Shown in pieces: positions 12,323-22,979 of a stretch of DNA of 64,000 bases. Source of the stretch: Zygnema circumcarinatum SAG 698-1b (lineage: Eukaryota; Plantae; Zygnematophyceae); the NCBI GenBank assembly GCA_037447605.1, contig CM074804.1, positions 4,255,909-4,319,908 of the forward strand, in the 5' to 3' direction. The notes under the pieces are model-generated. The model was given only the letters and a program-made list of their open reading frames with translations. It searched no databases and was not told the origin of the DNA. Each line of letters opens with the position of its first letter. Position 1 is the first letter of the stretch. The translations under genes and the position numbers were made by a program.

Positions 12323-15300
12323 CTACTTTCCTTTAGCGTGTTCACGATAAATTTCCAACAACTCCTTGCGATTTGGTTCAGGTTTTTTAAAAATGAGAGG
12401 TCCCGCCCCCGCAGCAGTGATCTTTTGCTTGAGGAGCTCCTTGGTAAGCTTTCGCTCCTCCTCATCTTCATCCTCTCCTTTGAACGTTGACGGCCGAGCC
12501 CGCTTTCTTCCGGTCTTTTGAACTTCTTGCTTGACTTCTTCTGACACACTTCTCTTCTCTACGTCATCCAAGCGCATCTTTTCTGCAAGGAGAGCATCAT
12601 AGTCTATTCCTTTTTGAATCACTTCTGCCTCCAACTTCGCACTTTGAGTCTTCAAAGTTGCTACCTCCTCTTGAAGTGACTGCAAATTCTTCAACTTCCC
12701 CTTTAGCTCATCTACTTGCTCTTGAGCTTGCAGCCTGAGTTCAGACTCTTGCCTCACCCGCAAATCTGCTGCCACTCGCGCACTCTCGGCTTGCCTAAAG
12801 GCTTGCAAGGTCCTCTGCAGCTCCGCTTCAATGCCGGATTGCGCCTCTCGAGCTGCATGCAATTCTCTTTGAGAACTACTGCCCACTTGTGCTGCCTCTT
12901 CTACTTGTTCACGTAGTGCTTGCGTTTCCAAACGTGATGCAGAGAGAGCCTGATTGACAAACTGCAGCTGAGTCTCATGGAACTGAAAAACCACCAGAGA
13001 AATCCTTGTATACATAGTTAGTTGATCAAGAGTAATGATAGATGGAAGTTTTCTATCATGTCATACACATCAGCAAGAACTCGATTCATGGCGAGGCAAG
13101 CGAAAGCCAAATGTCGGAAGGAGTTGAGAGGTTGAATTTAATGCCGAGAACATAGCTGCTTTCACTAGGCCCATTGATTGCAGTGGTCACCATCTCCTGT
13201 TTACCTGCAGCTCTGAAGCAAGACGCGACGATTCCTCGAGCTGTTCTTTGTGCTGGGTCCTTAGTTGCTGCAGCTCCATGTCCTGTCATGCTCCACACAA
13301 ACCATTGTTACGCACAAAACAATCTTACAAGGTGTTACCATCTCATGAAACAACTGCATGAAACAACTTGAAGCAATATATAGTACCCACCTTCTTCCTC
13401 AACTGCTCATCATGTTGCTGCTTCATCGTCTTCTTTAGCTCCTCTTTCTCCAAATACGCTTGTTGTGAATGCTTCTGCAATTCTTCCACAGCTTCTCTGT
13501 GCCGCTTCTCCCAATCTGCAATGGTCCTTTCGACAGCTCGCAACTTCTGACCTGCATTCTCGAGACGGATCCTTAAGTCCGCAACCTCTTTGGCATGCAT
13601 CGAGACTGTAAGATTGTGCCTGTTTTCTGAGTTGACAAGCTTTGCTTCTGTTGTCGCTATTGTTGTTTCACACTCCTTCCGCTTCTTGGCATGTTGTTCC
13701 ATCAACTTGTTCAGGATAGTCTCCTGTTGTTGCAACTCTTTAATCTTCAAATCTGCATCCTTCAGCTTCTGCTCCACCTCTTCTACATGCCGCTGCATGT
13801 CCGCCTTCTCTCGTGCTCCGCTGCCATGGGTCGCTTGCAAACTTACGAGCTGCATCTGAAGCGCTGCTGCCTCCTCCTTCCTTCTCCCAGCTTCCCTTTC
13901 GGCCACTTTCACCCGTTCGAAGCACTCGCTAAGTTGTGCTCCTACACTGTCAGCTCGCCTCTTCCACTCAGACGCTTCATCACGCAAGCCGACGCACTCC
14001 TTCTCCTGTTCTTTCACCCTCTCTTGGCTTTGCAGAGCAATGTTGCGCATTACTCCACGCATGCTGTCCAATGAAAGAACAAAGCCAAGGTGTTTTAAAA
14101 TTCAGAAGTGGCAATCTGCATAGCCATCATTTGCTAGCACTATCAAGTTTTAGGCTTGACAGTTTTCTTAAACGTCAATAACAGCTTTATTTTCTTGGCA
14201 TTTTCTTGGCATCCACCTTTTTTTCGCATTCTTATGTACCTTTCAGCACCTTATTCCTGTAACTTTCGACCAAATTGAAAATGGAGGACGTTCTCACCTC
14301 GCAAGTAAAAACGATGCAAGCCGAGGCCACTTGGAAGGCCCTTCTGCGGATCCTTCATATTCAGCAACCATGTTGCTTAGAGCCTGTTCAACTCCACCCC
14401 TTCGAAAATCAGGAGCAGCCTTGAAGGGAAAGGCAGAAGAAGAAGCTTCGTTTATCAAAAAAATATACAAGACGGTTGCTATTGCTATTTAGACATCAAG
14501 GCAGACACGAAATCAAAAGCAACTCACCTCCAACAACATGTCCAAGGACGTTTCCCTATTGCTGGCAATGCCCATCAGTTGACTATCCATGCTGCTGAGT
14601 GCTTGGGCACAACGTAACTCGGCCTCCTTGAACAGACGCTCTTTATATTCCTGCACCCATGCCATCAACATAACTAACTTTATGAACACTGATACAACGT
14701 CCAACTTTATGAACGCATATGCTGCCGGCCTATTCAGGTGCAAATTCTTTAGGTGCTTGTTTTTTTCAAAGAGCAACGAAAAATGTAGGCGAGAGAATTC
14801 TACAACTTACCTCAAATCTCTCCTTCATTGTTGTTACGAGTTGTCCTTCAAAGCGCTCCCGAACAATTCCAGTGCCCATAGCTTCATCATGAAACACTTT
14901 CAATGCAGCATTGGTAGCCACATTTTGTGATCCATTTAAGGCATCCTGTCAACATACGACCAATAGAAAAGGGTGAGCTCCATTTCACATACTTCCGTAA
15001 CCAACAGCCGTCGTATTTTCAAATACCAAGGAAAAGAAGAAAAATCCAAAGCAGTCTTAACTATCAACGAAACCACATTCACTCAAGAAAAAGATTACAA
15101 CTAACAAGAAAAAGATTAAAACTAACCTCTTGGGCCCCTGTTTTCTTGTCAAAAGAATTTGAATAAACGTGAAGGGCATTGTCTAGCGCCAGTCGGCACT
15201 GCTGCTCTTCAACATTCTGCAGTGGAATCACAAAAACGTATGTAAGTTGAGAAAAAGACTTCTCCTCTCTTCAGACACCAAATTCCAAGATAACATGATG

Positions 15301-17848
15301 CAACAGAATCGACAGCAAACTATTGGGTAAAGGAAAAAAAATTGCCTGCCAAGAAGATGCAATTGTTGGAACAGCACCATTATTCAAAGCATCAAGGTAT
15401 GCTTGAGTCAATGATGCCAAAATTGGACCTGCAATAGCACGAAGAGAGGAAAAACAAAAGGTAGCCAAAGCCATTAATACAAGACGAGAGAGAGGTTAAG
15501 ATCAAGTCAAAACCCAAAACAATTAAGACGACAAAAGATACGATAAGCATAATGAATGCAAGTCCCGCAAATTTGCAAGCTCACCTGTGAGAACTGCACT
15601 TCCCATGCGCTTCGGAATAGCTTTCTCAAAAATGAAGCTGGTGAGTTTCTGTATTCCTTCACAGAACTCTGGCCGTAGTTGTACTTTCTGCTGAATCACA
15701 AAAAACTAGTTATGGACGACGTATGTTTTTCTCGGGAAAGAGTGAAATTCCATGCATCAAGTACCAAACAGGCCTAAGTGCGCAACAGTCTAAAAACTAG
15801 ATTTAACGAATGGCTAAAACTATGAAGACTAAAGTATATATGAGAAGTACGGAAAGGGGCTTAATTTGAAGAATGATATTAAACACTACGATTTGCGTCT
15901 TTACCGGGAGTTTATCGAGATGCTGCAGCTGTGTCTCCTCATTTAAGGGCCGAACAAGAGCAAAACACTCGCGCTCCGGAAACAATGCTCGAATAGAGTC
16001 TCGAATCTGCAAGCAGACAAAGGAAATAAGCATAGCTTTCTTGACAACACCCCCGCCCATCCCGCTTTTACTCGAATCTGTTCAGGCGGAGCATACAATG
16101 TCATCGATCAGGAGGAATCAAGAACGTCGAACACAGTGAAGCAGCAGCGAACCTGATTCTTGGCTAGGACGGAGGCAGAAGTTCCTGGCATACGTTCTAA
16201 TGACTGCTCCAAATAATCGCGCGGCGTGATTTTCCTGCCATCCTCTGTCAAATCCAAGTAAAAGTCCTGCACATTCACAAACGCAACCTGACTTTACATT
16301 AGAGCCAGCCTCTGGGAAAGAACGAGAGATAACACTAGCGAGAGGGAGAGGAAAAGAATGTGGGCTCAGGAGGAAAAGCGAATTTCCTTACAACATTTAC
16401 AAATGGCAAAACTGAATTTTGCCGACAAGTTGCAAGTATATGTTCTAGAAAAGGTCTGACATGTATAGTTTTCATGAAAAGAGGAAAAAACAGGTGTATT
16501 CGCAATTTACCCGCAATAACCACACAAAGAAAGGTGAATATTGTCCAAGCTCATGAGCCGAAGGTGCGATTGGACTTGAAGTATGACTTTCTGCCTTGAT
16601 GCGGATATGCTTTGTCAGTTCCGTGACCAGCGCTAAACTGTCCAGTGCAGATTCATCAATCCCACCCATCTGCAACACAGAGAAATCAATTTGAGACCAG
16701 ACGACATAGCCAAGTTTTGAAAAGATTGAAATGGATAAATTTAGGATTCCAAAAAAGGAAAAGCATGCATAGATTTGTAGGCTGTAGGGATTCAGAGAAG
16801 AACAAAAGACAAGAAGCAAAAAATAGGATGAGAGGGCATGACAAGCAATACGGAGAAAATACAAGATAGAGAAGGGAGGACGGAAGCATGAAGGTACATA
16901 CAAACACTTACCTGATTGAAGACAAAAAGACTCGATAAAAGTACGGCAAGCGAGAAAATCTGCGTGCTGTATGTGCCCTGCAAAACTCAAAACACGAAAA
17001 GCAAATCTTCAATAATGCCCAAAAAACTAACCACTTTATGGCCAATAAATCCGACAAAATAGTATCTGACAATAATTGACAAGTATTGCTCATAAATGAT
17101 TCTCTCCTAGCACTTAACCGCGAACACTGATAATCGCCAAATTTTGAACACAAAAAAATATTTCCGAAAATATACTCACAGTTTGATCGCATGCTTCTAT
17201 GCCTTCAGTGTCGAGTAGCAACAGATTATACTTGCTGCCATCTGAAGCTTTTCGCTCTATCGGCAAACTCCACATCCATAAGCCCTTCGTGCAAGGGCGA
17301 TGCGTTGGGCCGACAATGAAGCCGCTGCTTTGCCCAAGCAGCTGCATATCAAAATACACAAAAGAAAAAAAAATGTAAAGCGAGGAAACAATTGGAGTTA
17401 CACAGCTTAGCAAGTTTGCAAGGTATTGAAAAGCATATGAAGAATCCATAAGAGAGAATAATGTTTTGATCTCTTTTCACTTCCTCACCTGATTCAAAAT
17501 AAAACTTTTGCCTTGCCGAGCTCGACCGCAAACGCTGACGACTGCCAAGGGTCCTTTCAGACTTCTGAGAGCCATGACTGCGTCGTGATCCATAGAAAAT
17601 TTACCCCTCTCATCGCAAGTTACCAAGCGAAGAGCTCTTCCTGTCGTGACGACTCCACTTTCTTTCCCTCTCACACCCACTCTCTCTCCCGAACCTTGAA
17701 TCCATGTCTCCCTCTCTCTATCCCTCTCCCTCTCCTTCTCCCTCTCCCTCTCCCTCACGCTCTCTCCTGCAGGTCTACCCTTCACACCTCCAACCGAAGG
17801 ACTCGCCTGTGGAGGAAGGGTAGCCTTAGACCGAGGAGACCAAAACAT
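12323..17848 (-). CDS. Guanylate-binding protein-like large GTPase (plant GBPL3-type) with long C-terminal coiled coil
   Basis: About 15 exons. GB1/RHD3 motifs: VSVCGRARQGKSFILNQ (G1), THRPCTKGLWMW (G2), LLLLDTEG (G3), STQIFSLAVLLSSLFVFNQ, FVWLLR|DFYL, IRDSIRALFPERECFALVRP and YLDALNNGAVPTI. Coiled-coil exons at ~13391-14065 and 12323-~12983. ATG at 17848, TAG at 12323. Confidence 0.93.
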
Positions 17849-18075
17849 GATTCTGGCCGCTAGCTCGCTCCTTTTTTGCAGATACAAAAAAGTAGCGGTG
17901 ATTTGAATAAAATCTGAAACGGATTTTGCACCTCTTTGCTCCCCCTTTTCCTAGGTTTGACGAGAGCGCGAGAGAGGCCCAGCAGAGCAAGGGCGAGGGA
18001 TGCGCAGCGGCTCCAAGGGGCGAGGGGCGCAGCTCACTTCGGCTCCAGAGGGAGAGAGGGTTGGGCTAAGGCCTT

Positions 18076-18126
18076 TTAACGGTCACCGCACGCCATTTGA
18101 ATAAGGGCCGTACATGGGTGTACGGA
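18076..18126. promoter_or_regulatory. MSA-like (AACGGTCA), CHR-like (TTTGAA) and GTAC motifs in the GBPL/amidohydrolase bidirectional promoter
   Basis: TTAACGGTCAC at 18076-18086, TTTGAA at ~18096, CCGTAC at 18108 and GTACGG at 18120. The same 11-mer recurs at 50070. Confidence 0.45.
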
Positions 18127-18299
18127 TTCATACAAACCCATCCTTCTCACTTGGAATCCATCCAACTGGTTTCAAGCTGTCTCTTTGCGGCAGTTCGACG
18201 CGAATGCGCGGAATCGACGGAAACGCAACTGCCTGCAACGTCAAGTAGGCGTCCAGCGCTGTGCTGCCATCATTCATGCTGATGGTATGGCGATGGCAT

Positions 18300-18507
18300 G
18301 AGGGCATGAGGGCATGAGGGCATGAGGGCATGAGGGCATGAGGGCATGAGGGCATGAGGGCATGAGGGCATGAGGGCATGAGGGCATGAGGGCATGAGGG
18401 CATGAGGGCATGAGGGCATGAGGGCATGAGGGCATGAGGGCATGAGGGCATGAGGGCATGAGGGCATGAGGGCATGAGGGCATGAGGGCATGAGGGCATG
18501 AGGGCAC
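18300..18507. repeat. (GAGGGCAT)25 perfect 8-bp tandem repeat plus one variant unit
   Basis: Directly visible. It lies between the divergent GBPL and amidohydrolase start codons and ends ~75 bp before the amidohydrolase ATG. Confidence 0.98.
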
Positions 18508-18581
18508 GATGACATGATGGCAACGGGAACGGAGGGAAATTGAGGTGAGAGCGCAGGTGCGCTTGTTGCGGATTGACGGCC

Positions 18582-21500
18582 ATGGCTGTCGCCTTGAGAG
18601 CGGCTCCTCTACAACACCATGCTGCAGACTTGAGGCTGAGAAGAGCATCAAAATCTTCCGCATGCCGCCATGGCTTCTTCCGAACGAGGGATACGCTGCC
18701 GATGGCTTCGCGCAACAGCTGGAGCGGCAGAAACATCAATGCGTCCGTCACGAAGTCGAGTTCCAACAAGGAGAGCGCGGGCCTGAGATGCAGTGTAGTA
18801 ACAAGAGCTGTTTTGAGAGGCGCTGTTTCAGAAGAGGAGCAGACAGGAGAGAACGGAAGTGTACGGGAGCTTTTGGAGTCGGTGAGGGCAGTGATGGGGA
18901 AGGGAGAAGTAGAGGACATGATTTCGTGGAGGAGACGGATACATGCACAGCCTGAGCTTGCCTTTCAGGTAAATGGTTTGATACGTTCTCCTTTTTCTAG
19001 AATTTGTCCCGGAAGTATGTCAGACTATTGGGGATTTATAGTTCTAGAGTGGATATGCAATTGATCCGGGAAAACCTGACCTGCATGTTTTAGGGTTCCG
19101 GAGGCTAGAACGGATTTGAGACGTAGTGGAAAGCGCAAAATGGCCAGCTATATGGAAAGGAGTCTGCTTGAAGGAGGGCTGAAAGATGTTTCTGGAAGCA
19201 TGTGGTTGGGTTATGAATACGTCAGGGCAAGGAATTTGGGGAGGAAGGTGAGCTATGATTAGGGTTGGTGTGAGGGTGTTCAATGAGAGCATTGAATCTC
19301 CATTGTCACAAAAAGGAAAAAAGCAGGAAAGAGGAATTCTGGAACGAGCTCGTGAGCGTCTAGTCTCTATTTTTAAGACACGCTAGTGCCTGAAGTGAAG
19401 TGACTTGGCGTGACCGTGAGCGGTATTCCAGGAGCACATGACATCAAGTTTCGTGGCAGAGCTGCTGGAGGAATGGGGCTATACAGTTGAACGCGGCCTA
19501 GGTAGTACAGGAGTAGTCGGTAGTCTCACTGTTGATGGCCCGCGTGCAACCCAGAGGAAGGCCATCATGCTCAGGTAACCTGTTGTTTCTTTTTGGAAAT
19601 CTTCTGTCAAAATATATTTTTTGTTTTGTTGAGCCTCTTGAATCATCCTCTTGGTGGGGGCACGTTGGTGCTTCACGTGGGGGCATAATCGTAAGGAGTT
19701 GTGCTAGGGGTTCCTTCCGAGGAATATCCACTTATATTGTGGTTAGAGTTGATTGTCTGCTTGCTTTCCAGGGCCGACATGGATGCTCTCCCCATCGCAG
19801 AAGCCAACACATTTGAACATCGGTCAAAGAAACAGAACGCTATGCACGCCTGCGGTCATGATGGTGAGAACGCGCAATGGTGCAGAGTTATGAACATTCT
19901 TTCATTATAAGCTTTTGAATACCACCGGAGAGAATATTGATGTTGGATAGAGTTTCAATAGAAGCTGTTCGCTTCTTCAGTGATTCTGAAACTAAAGAAT
20001 CACTGAATTGAGATGGATTCCAGTTTAGAGCATCCTAGCGCCTATGAGGCGCTTGTTTTCATCTTCTGGTTTTGCCCAACATAATTGTCGAACAATAAAG
20101 CAACTCTTCAAACCCTATAATCTAGTAAAACATGTGTGCAGTGCTTAAGTCTTCACTGCAGTGGTGTGGTTAAACCGCAGGTCATACTGCCATGCTCTTA
20201 GGAGCTGCACGTTACCTTGCGGCAACTCGCTGCTTCGAGGGTACTGTTCATCTTGTGTTCCAGGTATCTGCAGTGACTATTTTTCAATCATTCAAGATTC
20301 GCCTTCCTACAAACGTTTTTCATTTCAGCTCCTGTGTTAATTGAATCTGAACTTAACTTGATTTTAGCTGAAGGCCTGTGGTTTCATGAGCTTGAAGCAT
20401 TAAGGAAAGGAGTCCCAGGCTCAGAAAAGGACCGTGTTTTTTTGTTGTTATGGAAACATTTGACGCGCTTATGAGCAGAGTCCTTTCATAAGCTTCAAAG
20501 TAATGATTTTATCTTGAGCCTTTTTTGAGTCCCCAGCCTGCAGAAGAAGGCACTCCGACAGAGAATGAAGGTGGGCGAACAGGGGGAGGTGCAGCGGCTA
20601 TGCTTGAAGATGGGCTTTTGGAAAAATATCCGGTAGAAGCAGCATACGGCTTACATAATTGGTAAAATGACTCCCTTGAAACCCGAAAGCCAAAATCCGA
20701 GACTGATGGAAACTCTGCAAAGTTTTGCTTTCTTTTATCATTGGAAACGCTCTCTCTTGTCAAAGTATGGCATGATTTGACGGAACTTGTGGTAAGTTGG
20801 AACATTATTGCTCATGTTGTTCCTAACTTGGTTTATGTTTACATGTCCAGAACATGATTTTAAATTAACAGTACGTCCAATTAACCAGTGAAGTTGATGA
20901 ACGTGGGAAGATGTAGGCCCGGGCTCCCGGTAGGAAGGTTGGCGGTACACTCGGGACCAGTCATGGCCGGAGTTGACAATTTTGTTATCACGGTCAGTCT
21001 TACTTATTTCCTGAACACCCAACCTGGAAATTTGAAATCATAGATACTATGTTTCCAAAATTTGTGAAAGCTCTAAAATTACTGTAAAAGCTGGCAGGTG
21101 GAAGGTGTTGGATGCCATGCTGCCATGCCCCACATGGGCGGTGGTAGTGATGCAGTCATATGCGGAGCCCAGCTGGTGACAGCCTTGCAGGTTAGCTCAC
21201 TGTTTTGCTGAAATTGAGCTGGTATCCAAAGTATGCTTTAGATATGTGGAAAGAAAACTTATTTAAATGTATGGCGTGGCAGAGTTCTGAATGTAATAGC
21301 GGGTTATGCGGGTCATCATGGGTCAGGCATTGGTGAGTCGAAGGGTGGATCCGCAGGACAGCGCGGTAGTGAGTGTAACGCAGATGCATGCAGGAGATGC
21401 CTTTAATGTGTTACCTCCGAAGGTGGGTTTTCGGTTCCTTTGGTTTCTGCTTACTTCTGCTTCTTCTAGAAGATCTGGCTTTCGTGATGCTCCTTGTAAC

Positions 21501-22337
21501 ATGCTATCGTGGTAATCGGATTTTATATGCAGGTTGTGTTGAAGGGCACTGTTCGATATTTCTCAGAGGCAACTGGGAGGACACTGAAAGAGGGGATGTT
21601 GCAAATGTCACGCAACGTGACAGCTGCTTATGGTTAGTTAGGGCTTAAACTCTTTCCTTCCTCTCCTCCCCCGCCCTTCCTTCCCACACCCCCTCTTCCC
21701 TCACCACCACCCCCTCTCCCCAATTGCCCATACCCTTCATTCCATTTGTTCTGAAAACATAGCATGGAATTAGGGGCCATCTCAATAATGGCGTGCTGAT
21801 GATTTGGAGACCGGGCTGCAGGCTGCACAGCCACACTTGAATTTGTGGACCATTACCCCGCTACGGTTAACACCCGCATGGAAGCAGCCACGTGTGCTGC
21901 AGCTGCATGCGCACTGGTTGGGAAGGAGAATGTGGATTACGACTCCCTTCCTGCCAGTCTGGGCGCTGAAGATTTTGGCTTCATCTTGGAACGTGTGCCA
22001 GGTATTAAATTATTCCGAATACCGCAAGGCGCAAGGGATCATAAAATTTCTGAACAGCTGGTCAATCTCAGAATTTTGGTGACGAGGTCGAGTCTTCATC
22101 CTGTTTGACTGCTTGATATTTTTGTCGTGTTCTGACGATAAAATCTACACGGGGAATGTTCCAGGCTGCTACGCGTGGATTGGCAACGGGCCCACCGATG
22201 GCGGCTGTATGCTACATAATCCCAAGTATGTTTCTAGGGTTCGTTTTTGAAACGTGTCAGTGCGCTTTTAGTTTCCAGAATCGTTTGTTGTTTGTTGTTC
22301 AAGATTGTGATCTTAGAAGGTCGTTCTTATACTTGAA

Positions 22338-22369
<32 letters not shown>

Positions 22370-22516
22370 GGAATTCACTACACGTAAAGTTGGGCACTGT
22401 TTTGAATTTGGGAATTGTTCGGTTGCAGATATGATTTTAACGACAACATTCTTCCCCTCGGTGCTGCATATTGGGTGGAGATTGTGCGCATGAAGCTTCC
22501 ACCAAGTACTGCATGA
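18582..22516 (+). CDS. M20D family amidohydrolase (Acy1-like / hippurate hydrolase / IAA-amino acid hydrolase superfamily) with a probable organellar transit peptide
   Basis: About 12 exons giving [14 protein letters not shown]|E..TS, MLR|[15 protein letters not shown]|[17 protein letters not shown]|PAEEG, GLHNW|[41 protein letters not shown] and GCMLHNPK|[16 protein letters not shown]. The N-terminal ~70 aa are Ser/Arg/Ala-rich. Stop TGA at 22514-22516. Confidence 0.93.
22337..22368. repeat. (CA)n microsatellite in the last amidohydrolase intron
   Basis: Directly visible. Confidence 0.9.
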
Positions 22517-22979
22517 GTGTTGTACAATCTCTAATTTTTTTTGCAAACACGAGCAACAACAACAACTTTAACGACAACAACAACTACAATTACAGCAATG
22601 GACCATTTGCCAGCTTTCAAGAATTACAATTGGTACATGTATGTATAATAATTAACCACTTGACAATCTGATTCAGAACAGCGGGGCATTCTGCCTAGTT
22701 TAAGTCGTAGTGTAATATTGTACAATTTAATTATGAGTAGCATCAAAACTATGTGCTATTGAAGTCATTTTATCTGAGTTTGTGAAAGGAAACTTTGTCA
22801 AGCATTCACACGAGTATAAATCGACCACTTTCATGCACAATACCCTTCAAGAACCATTCCCCGCCTAAAATGCTCAAGTATGCAGCGGCTGCTTGATGTT
22901 GGCCAGAAACATTGGCCATTTAAAACAAGATTCAAGGGAATAACAGAATTTGAAATGGAAAGAAAGCAAATTGTGGCAA

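Noticed and set aside
18128-18919. ORFs with (MPSCPHAL)n repeats
   Set aside because: Translation of the 8-bp tandem repeat, antisense to the amidohydrolase first exon.
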